Source: Thermoleophilia bacterium (GTDB lineage: Bacteria > Actinomycetota > Thermoleophilia > UBA2241). From it: a stretch of 41,682 nt of DNA. Location: NCBI GenBank assembly GCA_035517975.1, contig DATIYD010000239.1, forward strand, positions 1 through 41,682, given 5' to 3'. The position numbers and the translations under genes were made by a program. The notes beneath the pieces are model-generated. The model did not search any database. It was not told the DNA's origin and saw nothing but the letters and a program-made list of their open reading frames with translations. This document shows, one piece after another, positions 25,508-33,063 of the stretch; the first letter of the stretch is position 1, and each line of letters starts with the position of its first letter.

Positions 25508-27993
25508 CAGAGGTCGCGCTCCATCTCGTCGAGGGAGGCGCCGTCGCCCTTGACCGGCGTCCACTGCCAGCCGCCGCCCTCGACCGTCTCGCGGACGTGA
25601 GGCACGACGTCGGGCACGCACTCGCGGGGGCCGTCGCCGGGCTTGTCGCGGCGCACGAAGAGCGACTCGCCGGCCAGCAGGGTGCGGCTGTAGCCGGCCA
25701 GCTCGAAGAAGCCGGTCTGCTCGAGGGCGTCGTACGGGCAGACCTCGACGCATTCGCCGCAGAAGATGCAGCGGCTCTCGTCTAGGTCGTACCGGTCGAG
25801 GACCCTGCGATTGACGTCGATGGAGCCGGTCGGGCAGGTCTCGGCGCACTTGCCGCACGAGATGCAGCCGACCGTCTGCAGCGGCAGGTTGTCGGGCGTC
25901 GAGACGATCGTGTCCCAGCCGCGGCCGATGGCGTCGTAGCAGCTCGCCCCGACCTCCATGCGACAGACGCGCACGCAGCGCAGGCACATGATGCAGCGAT
26001 TGGGCTCGCGCATGATGAAGTCGTGGCGGAAGTCGGCTGGGTAGTCGTGCGCGGCCTGCCCGTGAAAGCGGTTCTCGAAGACCTCGTACTCGATGCCGTA
26101 GCGCTGCAGCTCGCAGCTGCCGTTGGCGGGACAGTGGCAATCGAGACAGAGCGCCGCGCCCTGCCGGGCCTGGTCTTCTGTCAAGCCGAGCTCGACCTCG
26201 TCGAAGCTCTTGATGCGCTCGCCGGGGGCAAGCGCCGGCATGGTGGCCGGCCCGACCGGCTGCGAGACGTCGGTCGTCATGTCGATGAACACCGGCGCGA
26301 CCTCGGCCAGGCGGGCGACGCCCGGCTCGAGGGCGTCGCGGGCCCGCAGGGCGTCGAGGAACGGTGTGGCGGCGAGGTCGGAGAGCGATCCCGAGACGGC
26401 CCGCATGTCGGCGCCGCGCAGGAAGGCGTCGATGCTCCAGGCCGCCTTCTTGCCCTGAGCGACCGCCTCGATCACGGTCTGGGCCCCGAGCACGACGTCG
26501 CCCCCGGCGAACACCCGGGGGTCGTCGGTCTGGAAGGTGAATCGGTCGACCTCGACGGTCTGTCGCGAGGTGCGCTTGACGCCCTGCGCCTCGCTCGTGC
26601 CGTCGAGCTTCGGGAGCTGGCCCGTGGCGTTGATCACCTGGTCGCAGGCGAGGACGAAGGTCGGCCCGTCGACGGGCTGCGTCCGGCTCTGACCCGAGTC
26701 GCCGGGCGCGACCTCGAGACGCCGCATCTCGATGCCGGTGACCTTGCCCTTGGCGCCGACGACCACGCGCACGGGCTCGACCAGCGTCTCGAGGCGGGCG
26801 CCCTCGCTCACGGTCGCCGCGACCTCGTCGGGCGGAGCCGACTGGGCGCCGGGCGCGCTCGCCGAGAGCAACGTGACCTCGCGCGCGCCCTTGCGCAGCG
26901 CGACGCGGCAGGCTTCGGTGGCGGCGAAACCGTCGCCGACGACGGCTACCTTGCGACCGACGCGCGCCTCGTCGCCGAGCTCGAGTGCGCCGAGGAGCTC
27001 GAGCGCGTCGAGCACGTCGGCGCCGTCGTGCTCGACCGGCAGCGGCGCGGCGGCGAAGGCGCCCAGGCCGAGGAAGACGGCGTCGAAGCGCGCGGTCAAG
27101 GCGTCGAGCTGCTCGTCGTCGCCCAGGCGAGTGTTGCACCGGAGCTCGACGCCCATGCGCCACAACACGTTCAGCTCCTTGTCGATCACGTCGCGCGGCA
27201 GGCGGAAGCTCGGGATGCCGTAGCGCAGCATGCCGCCCGGTTTGGGCAGGGCCTCGAAGATCGTTACGGCGTGGCCCTCGAGCCGGGCGTAGAACGCGCA
27301 GGCGAGGCCCGCCGGACCGGCGCCCACGATGGCGACCGTCTTGCCGCTGTCGGGCTTGGGCTCCCACGGCAGCAGCAGCTCGCCGGTCTGCTCGTCGTCT
27401 AAGCACTGGTCGGCCATGAAGCGGTGCAGCCAGCAGATGGTGATCGCGTCGTCGACGAGGCGGCGCCGGCAGGGCTCCTCGCAGGGCCGCGGACACACGC
27501 GCCCGAGAATGGCCGGGAACGGCAGGTCCTCGCGCAGCTTGCGCACGCCCGACCGATAGTCGCCGTTGGCGACGGCCTCGAGGAACTGCGGGATCTTGAT
27601 GTGCGTCGGGCAGGCGTCGCTGCAGGGCGGCGTGCAGAACGAGTTGTGATCGGACAGCAGGAGCTCGAGGTAGAGGCGCCGCATGCGGCGCACCTTGTCG
27701 GTGTCCGTGAGCACGACGATGCCGTCGGCCGCCATGGTCGAGCAGCTCGAGACGGGTTTGCCCCAGCCCTCGACCTCGACCATGCACAGGCGGCAGGCGG
27801 CAGAGGCCGGCAGGCGCGACTCGTAGCACAGCGTGGGGATGTGGACGCCGACCCGGGCGGCCGCCTGCAGGATGGTCTCACCCTTGTCGCACGTGACCTC
27901 GCGGCCGTCGATGGTGAGCGAGATCTGCTCGGCGCGCGACGCGGCCGCCTGGGGCGCCCCGGCGTTCTTCGACGTGTCGTGGGCGATCGTCAT
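25507..27993 (-). CDS. Chimeric Fe-S flavoprotein: NuoG/HydA-type N-terminal [2Fe-2S] + GltD/NfnB-like FAD/NAD(P)H oxidoreductase + NuoG/HydA-type [4Fe-4S] motifs + C-terminal half of NuoI
   Basis: About 828 aa from ATG 27991-27993, with ATGA overlap with the nuoF stop. The track merges it into a 1429-aa ORF. Motifs in order: ISLTIDGREVTC...TLCYES...CRLCMVEVEG...SSCS; LELLLSDHNSFCTPPCSDACPTHIKIPQF...GRVCPRPCEEPC; KTVAIVGAGPAGLACAFY...PGGMLRYGIP; RKVAVVGDGFAATEA; FAGGDVV; ERIKSFDEVELGLTEDQARQGAALCLDCHCPANGSCELQ; CIMCLRCVRVC...CISCGKCAETCPTGSI; RCIFCGECVEVCPYDALEQTGFFELAGYSRTLL. No molybdopterin-like domain. Confidence 0.85.
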   Translation of the reverse strand: MTIAHDTSKNAGAPQAAASRAEQISLTIDGREVTCDKGETILQAAARVGVHIPTLCYESRLPASAACRLCMVEVEGWGKPVSSCSTMAADGIVVLTDTDKVRRMRRLYLELLLSDHNSFCTPPCSDACPTHIKIPQFLEAVANGDYRSGVRKLREDLPFPAILGRVCPRPCEEPCRRRLVDDAITICWLHRFMADQCLDDEQTGELLLPWEPKPDSGKTVAIVGAGPAGLACAFYARLEGHAVTIFEALPKPGGMLRYGIPSFRLPRDVIDKELNVLWRMGVELRCNTRLGDDEQLDALTARFDAVFLGLGAFAAAPLPVEHDGADVLDALELLGALELGDEARVGRKVAVVGDGFAATEACRVALRKGAREVTLLSASAPGAQSAPPDEVAATVSEGARLETLVEPVRVVVGAKGKVTGIEMRRLEVAPGDSGQSRTQPVDGPTFVLACDQVINATGQLPKLDGTSEAQGVKRTSRQTVEVDRFTFQTDDPRVFAGGDVVLGAQTVIEAVAQGKKAAWSIDAFLRGADMRAVSGSLSDLAATPFLDALRARDALEPGVARLAEVAPVFIDMTTDVSQPVGPATMPALAPGERIKSFDEVELGLTEDQARQGAALCLDCHCPANGSCELQRYGIEYEVFENRFHGQAAHDYPADFRHDFIMREPNRCIMCLRCVRVCRMEVGASCYDAIGRGWDTIVSTPDNLPLQTVGCISCGKCAETCPTGSIDVNRRVLDRYDLDESRCIFCGECVEVCPYDALEQTGFFELAGYSRTLLAGESLFVRRDKPGDGPRECVPDVVPHVRETVEGGGWQWTPVKGDGASLDEMERDL

Positions 27994-29915
27994 GCCTGGG
28001 GCCGCCCTTCGCCGGCCGCCTCGGGCCGCTCGCTGCCGGACCACACCTTGACGGCCTTGAAGTTGCAGACCTGCCGGCAGGTGTCGCACTTGATGCAGAG
28101 GCTCTCGTCGATCACGTGGAGCTGCTTCTTCTCGCCGGTGATCGCCTGGGTCGGGCACTTCTTGGCGCACAGCCCGCAGCCGGTGCAGTCGCCGCCGATG
28201 TAGTAGGTGATGAGCGCCTTGCAGCGGCCGGCTGGGCAGCACTTGTCGTCGACGTGGGCCACGTACTCGTGGCGGAAGTACTGCAGCGTGGAGAGGACGG
28301 GGTTCGGGGCGCTGCCGCCGAGGGCGCACAGTGACCCGTCGATGATGTACTCGGAGAGCTCCTCGAGCAGATCGATGTCGCCGGGACGCCCCTCGCCTTC
28401 GGTGATGCGCACCAGCGTCTCGAGCATGCGTTTGGTGCCCAGGCGGCAGGGCACGCACTTGCCGCAGCTCTCGTCCTGCGTGAACTGCAGGAAGAACTTG
28501 GCGAAGTCGACCATGCAGGTGGTGTCGTCGACCACGACCATGCCGCCGGAACCCATCATGGAGCCGGCGGCGAGCAGGCTCTCGAAGTCGACCGGGGAGT
28601 CGAGCAGGTCGGCCGGCAGGCAGCCGCCCGAGGGGCCGCCGAGCTGGACCGCCTTGAACTCGCGGCCGGGCAGCATGCCCCCGCCGACATCGAAGATGAC
28701 CTCGCGCAGCGTGGCGCCCATCGGCACTTCGACGAGGCCGCCGTTCTTGAGCTTGCCGGTGAGACTGAAGATCTTGGTGCCCTTCGAGGTCTCGGTGCCC
28801 ATCGCCGTGTAGGCGTCGACGCCGTTGTTCACGATCCACGGCACGTTGGCGTAGGTCTCGACGTTGTTCAGGTTGGTGGGCTGACCGTAGAGGCCGTGGG
28901 CCACCGTGCGGATGTGCTTGCCACGCGGCATGCCGCGCTGCCCCTCGATGCTCGCCGTGAGCGCCGTCGATTCGCCGCAGACGAAGGCGCCGGCGCCCTG
29001 GTTCACGCGGATGTCGAAGTCGAACCCCGAGCCCAGGATGTCGTCGCCCAGCAGGCCGCGCTCGCGCGCCTGCACGAGGGCGGCCTCGAGGCGCTGCACG
29101 GCGAACGGGTACTCGGCGCGCACGTACACGTAGCCGTGCACGGGAGCGGCGCCCGAGCCGATGGCGAAGGCCGCGATGATCATGCCCTCGATCACCGAGT
29201 GCGGGTTGCCCTCGAGGACCGAGCGGTCCATGAAAGCGCCGGGGTCGCCTTCGTCGCCGTTGCAGATGACGTACTTGCAGTCGCCCGGGTTGGCCCGGCA
29301 GAAGCGCCACTTCTTGCCGGCGGGAAAGCCGGCGCCGCCGCGACCGCGCAGGCCCGACCTGGTGATCGCGTCGATCACGCTTTCGGGATCGTTCTCGGCC
29401 AGCACCGTGGCGAGGGCGGTGTAGCCGTCCTGGGCGAGGTAGTCGTCGATCGAGTAGGGATCGATCTTGCCGTTCAGATGAAGGACGAGGCGCTTCTGGC
29501 CCGCATAGAAGGGGATGTCGCGCTCGTAAGGCACGGGCTCGCCGCTCGTGGGGTCTCTGTAGAGGCGCTTCTCGTAGACGCCGTCGGCGGCGATGCTGGC
29601 CGCGATGATGCCGGCCACGTCGGTGGCCCGCACCCGCGAGTAGAACAGGCCCTGCGGCTGCAGCACCACGATCGGCCCCTGCTCGCAGAAGCCGTGGCAG
29701 CCGGTCTCGACGACGCGCACCGTGTCGGTCAGGCCCTGCTCGGCGAGCTGGTCGCGGAAGGCGGCGGTGACCGCCGGCCGGCCCGAGGCGTGGCACGCGG
29801 TGCCGGCGCAGATGCGGACCTCGCGGGCACCCTCGTGGGCGATGATCCCGTCGGGATGAAGGGCCCGCTCGAGGGCGGCGCTCACGGCGGCGGCGCGATC
29901 GGTCGTTGCGCTCAT
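27990..29915 (-). CDS. nuoF: NuoF-family FMN/NADH subunit of the HydB/HoxF-like extended type
   Basis: 641 aa. N-terminal thioredoxin-like [2Fe-2S] domain (CAGTAC...CHGFC). Core motifs are GLRGRGGAGFPAGKKW, YVICNGDEGDPGAF and ESCGKCVPCRLG...SLCALG. The C-terminal 2x[4Fe-4S] domain has CTGCGLCAKKCP...CIKCDTCRQVC. Confidence 0.9.
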   Translation of the reverse strand: MSATTDRAAAVSAALERALHPDGIIAHEGAREVRICAGTACHASGRPAVTAAFRDQLAEQGLTDTVRVVETGCHGFCEQGPIVVLQPQGLFYSRVRATDVAGIIAASIAADGVYEKRLYRDPTSGEPVPYERDIPFYAGQKRLVLHLNGKIDPYSIDDYLAQDGYTALATVLAENDPESVIDAITRSGLRGRGGAGFPAGKKWRFCRANPGDCKYVICNGDEGDPGAFMDRSVLEGNPHSVIEGMIIAAFAIGSGAAPVHGYVYVRAEYPFAVQRLEAALVQARERGLLGDDILGSGFDFDIRVNQGAGAFVCGESTALTASIEGQRGMPRGKHIRTVAHGLYGQPTNLNNVETYANVPWIVNNGVDAYTAMGTETSKGTKIFSLTGKLKNGGLVEVPMGATLREVIFDVGGGMLPGREFKAVQLGGPSGGCLPADLLDSPVDFESLLAAGSMMGSGGMVVVDDTTCMVDFAKFFLQFTQDESCGKCVPCRLGTKRMLETLVRITEGEGRPGDIDLLEELSEYIIDGSLCALGGSAPNPVLSTLQYFRHEYVAHVDDKCCPAGRCKALITYYIGGDCTGCGLCAKKCPTQAITGEKKQLHVIDESLCIKCDTCRQVCNFKAVKVWSGSERPEAAGEGRPQA

Positions 29916-29969
29916 CGGACTAGGCGCTCCCCGGAGTCAAGCCAGCCTGAGCGATGCGGACGGAGTCGC

Positions 29970-30731
29970 TCATCGGTCGACCTCGGCGCGGTGACGCAGG
30001 TCGTTCACCAGTGCCCGCGCCTTGTCGGGGCTCATGCGGCCGTGGGTCTCGTCGTCGCCCAGCCTGACGACGGGAGCGAGGGCGCAGGCGCCGACGCAGC
30101 TCACCGTCTGCAGGGTGAAGAGCCGGTCCTTGCTGGTCTTCCCGACCTCGAGGTCGAGCTCGTCGGAGAAGGCTTCGGTGATGAGCGGGGCGCCGGCCAC
30201 GTGGCAGGCCGTGCCGTGACAGACGGTGATCACGAAGCGGCCGACCGGCGAGAGGCGGAACTGGTCGTAGAAGCTCGCCACGCCGTAGAGCTGCGAGAGC
30301 GAGACGCCGGTCTCGACCGCGATCTCCTGCAGGGCGAGCCGGGGCAGGTAGCCGTAGATCTCCTGGGTGTGCTGCAGGACCGCCATGAGGCCGGTGCCGG
30401 TCTCGCGGTAGTGATCGATGACCGGCGTGATCTGGGTGAGGTCGGGGACCGGCTGAGAGTCGGCGCGCACGCGCTGGATCCGGGCCTCGTTGACGGCCGG
30501 CAGCTCATAGCTGGAGTGGTAGTTCACGCGGATGACCTGGACCGGGCAGTTGGTCTCGCACAGCGTGCAGGCGCGGCAGCGCGGCTCGCCCGAAGCCGGG
30601 TCGAGAGCCACCCGGAACAGGCCGCGGCTGCGCTCGGGCAGCTGCTCGCGCTGTTCGGGGTACTGCACCGTGATCTTGCGCTGCGGCAGGTGACCCAGGG
30701 TGGTGCGCATGGCTTTGAGGATGCCGAGCAT
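29970..30731 (-). CDS. Fusion of the N-terminal half of NuoI (first CxxCxxCxxxCP motif) to a NuoE-type thioredoxin-like [2Fe-2S] subunit
   Basis: 253 aa from ATG 30729-30731, with 1-nt overlap with the nuoH stop. It opens with MLGILKAMRTTLGHLPQRKITVQYPEQREQLPERSRGLFRV...EPRCRACTLCETNCPVQVIRV. The NuoE part follows: LMAVLQHTQEIYGYLP...LYGVASFYDQFRL...VCHGTACHVAG...SCVGACALAPV. Confidence 0.85.
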   Translation of the reverse strand: MLGILKAMRTTLGHLPQRKITVQYPEQREQLPERSRGLFRVALDPASGEPRCRACTLCETNCPVQVIRVNYHSSYELPAVNEARIQRVRADSQPVPDLTQITPVIDHYRETGTGLMAVLQHTQEIYGYLPRLALQEIAVETGVSLSQLYGVASFYDQFRLSPVGRFVITVCHGTACHVAGAPLITEAFSDELDLEVGKTSKDRLFTLQTVSCVGACALAPVVRLGDDETHGRMSPDKARALVNDLRHRAEVDR

Positions 30732-31852
30732 CAGGTGAGCACCGCCACGCTCTTGCGCCGCCGCTCGAGGCGCCAGCGCAGCACCCTGTCGAAGAGGCCG
30801 ACGAAGGCGAGCAGGAAGATCCAGCTGTAGATCGCCATGGCGCCCTTCCAGTGCGGCGCCCACAGCATGACGGCGGCCGTCGCGAGGAGGTTGACCAGGC
30901 CGAGCGGGACCAGCACCTTCCAGGCGAAGCCCATGAGCTGGTCGACCTGGAGACGGGGCACCGACAGGCGGATCCAGATAAGGGCGAACACGAGCGCGTA
31001 GACCTTGATCAGGAACCAGAGGAGCGGCACGATCGCGACCCCGTGGATGACGATGGCGTTGGCCAGCGGCCCCTGCCAGCCGCCCAGGAACAGGGTGACC
31101 GTGACCATCGACATGATGGTCATGCCGGCGTACTCGTTCAGGAAGAACATGCCGAAGCGCATGCCGGAGTACTCGGTGCCGTAGCCGGCGACCAGCTCGG
31201 ATTCGGACTCGGGCAGGTCGAACGGCCCGCGGTTGAGCTCGGCGATGGAGGCGATGAAGAACAGCAGGAACGTGAAGGGCATGGTGAAGACGAACCACTG
31301 GTAGCGGCTCTGGGCGGTCACCACGGTGTTCAGGCTGAGCGAGCCGGCCGCCATGGCGACGACGAGCAGGGCGAGGATCATGGGCAGCTCGTAGGAGATC
31401 ATCTGGGCGCCCGAACGCAGCGCGCCGACGAGCGAGTACTTGTTGTGCGAGGCCCAGCCGCCGAGCAGGATGGCAAGCACGGTGAAGCTCGTGATGGCGA
31501 CGATGTAGATGAGGCCGACGTTCAGGTTCTGGTCGGTCCAGCCGCTGGTGTAGGGGATCACGACCTGGATGGCGACGGCGCCGATCATGACCATGATCGG
31601 CGCCAGCGTGAACATCGCCTTGTCGGCCGCAGTCGGCGCGAAGTCCTCTTTGCCCATCATCTTGAAGGAGTCGGCGACGCTCTGCAGGATGCCCTGCCAG
31701 CCGGTACGGTTGGGTCCGAGGCGGTCCTGCAGGAAGGCGAGCATGCGGCGCTCGAAGAGGATGTTCACGAGCGCGGCCGCGAACACGATGCCGTAGGCGA
31801 TGACGACGGCCACGAGCAGGCGCACGACGGCCCAGACGAGATCCCAGCTCAT
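30731..31852 (-). CDS. nuoH: NADH-quinone oxidoreductase subunit H
   Basis: 373 aa: MSWDLVWAVVRLLV...FERRMLAFLQDRLGPNRTGWQGILQSVADSFKMMGKEDF...FDLPESESELVAGYGTEYSGMRFGMFFLNEY. ATGA overlap with the nuoD stop. The track ORF is over-extended to 32737. Confidence 0.92.
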   Translation of the reverse strand: MSWDLVWAVVRLLVAVVIAYGIVFAAALVNILFERRMLAFLQDRLGPNRTGWQGILQSVADSFKMMGKEDFAPTAADKAMFTLAPIMVMIGAVAIQVVIPYTSGWTDQNLNVGLIYIVAITSFTVLAILLGGWASHNKYSLVGALRSGAQMISYELPMILALLVVAMAAGSLSLNTVVTAQSRYQWFVFTMPFTFLLFFIASIAELNRGPFDLPESESELVAGYGTEYSGMRFGMFFLNEYAGMTIMSMVTVTLFLGGWQGPLANAIVIHGVAIVPLLWFLIKVYALVFALIWIRLSVPRLQVDQLMGFAWKVLVPLGLVNLLATAAVMLWAPHWKGAMAIYSWIFLLAFVGLFDRVLRWRLERRRKSVAVLT

Positions 31853-33063
31853 CGGTCGATCCCCCCGAGGACGAGGTCCATGCTGCCCGAGATGGCGACC
31901 GCGTCGGCGATCTTGTTGCCGCGCAGGAGCTTGGGGAAGATCTGCAGGTTCACGAAACAGGGGTCGCGGTACTTCAGGCGGTAGGGGTAGCGCGAGCCGT
32001 CGCTCACGATGTAGGTGCCGTACTCGCCGCGCGGGTTCTCCTGGGCCGTGTAGCAGGCGCCGGGCGGCGGGGTCACGATGTAGGGCGCCCGCAGGGTGCC
32101 GAGCTGCACCGGCCCCGCCGGCAGCATGTCGAGGCACTGCAGCACGATCCTGGCTGATTCGCGGATCTCGTCGACGCGAACCTGGTAGCGGTCGAACACG
32201 TCGCCGTGCTGGCCCAGACAGACCTCGAAGTCGAGCTCGGGATAGACCGAATAGGGCCGCGTACGGCGCAGGTCGTGAGCCACGCCCGAAGCGCGCGCGT
32301 TGGGCCCCGTGATGGCGTAGTCGGCGACGTCTTCCTGGGTCATGACGCCCTTGCCGAGACAGCGCTGCAGAAAGACGGCGTTGTCGTTGACGAGGGCCTC
32401 GTACTCCTTGCACCAGGCGGGTACCTGGAGCATCAGCTCGCGGCAGGTGTCGACCCAGCCGTCGGGCAGGTCGTAGCGCACGCCGCCGAAGCGGAAGTAG
32501 TTGAACATCATGCGGGCGCCGCTGGCCGCCTCGAGCAGGTCGAGGATCTTCTCGCGGTGGCGGAAGGCGTAGAAGACCATGGCGGTACCGAGCGGGGCGA
32601 GATCGGCGGTGAAGGTGCCCACGCCGACCTGGTGGCTGGCGATGCGGTTGAGCTCGGCCATGATCACGCGGATGAACTCGGCGCGACGGGTGGGCTCGAT
32701 GCCGGCGAGCTTCTCGACGGTGCGCACGTAGCCCCACTCGCAGTTCATGCCGGCGACGTACTCGGTGCGGTCGACGATCGGGATGTACTGGTAGTAGGTG
32801 CGCTTCTCGGCGATCTTCTCCTTGCTGCGGTGGAGATAGCCGACGACCGGGATGACGTCTTTGACGAGCTCGCCGTCGAGCGTGACGACCAGGCGCAGCA
32901 CGCCGTGGGTCGACGGGTGCTGGGGGCCCATGTTGACGACCACCTGGTTGAAACCCAGGCCGGCCATCTCGCTGCCCCGGCCGGCCGCCTCGGAATCGGC
33001 GATGCGGCGCAGGGCCAGGGCCATGGCCTCGTCGGGCGCGCTCGTGGCGAACTGGTCAGACAT
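31849..33063 (-). CDS. nuoD: NADH-quinone oxidoreductase subunit D
   Basis: 404 aa. Contains VVNMGPQHPSTHGVLRLVVTLDGE...HRSKEKIAE... and a C-terminal DLVLGGIDR. Confidence 0.92.
   Translation of the reverse strand: MSDQFATSAPDEAMALALRRIADSEAAGRGSEMAGLGFNQVVVNMGPQHPSTHGVLRLVVTLDGELVKDVIPVVGYLHRSKEKIAEKRTYYQYIPIVDRTEYVAGMNCEWGYVRTVEKLAGIEPTRRAEFIRVIMAELNRIASHQVGVGTFTADLAPLGTAMVFYAFRHREKILDLLEAASGARMMFNYFRFGGVRYDLPDGWVDTCRELMLQVPAWCKEYEALVNDNAVFLQRCLGKGVMTQEDVADYAITGPNARASGVAHDLRRTRPYSVYPELDFEVCLGQHGDVFDRYQVRVDEIRESARIVLQCLDMLPAGPVQLGTLRAPYIVTPPPGACYTAQENPRGEYGTYIVSDGSRYPYRLKYRDPCFVNLQIFPKLLRGNKIADAVAISGSMDLVLGGIDR

Noticed and set aside
25507-29796. 1429-aa ORF (and the 943-aa ORF 24998..27829) in the supplied track, suggesting giant proteins
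   Set aside because: Their N-terminal parts overlap nuoF or the chimera in other frames. Those parts have an Arg/Pro/Gly/His-rich shadow composition with no motifs. Only the distal parts, from ATG 27993 and ATG 25507 respectively, carry recognisable domains and proper start contexts.
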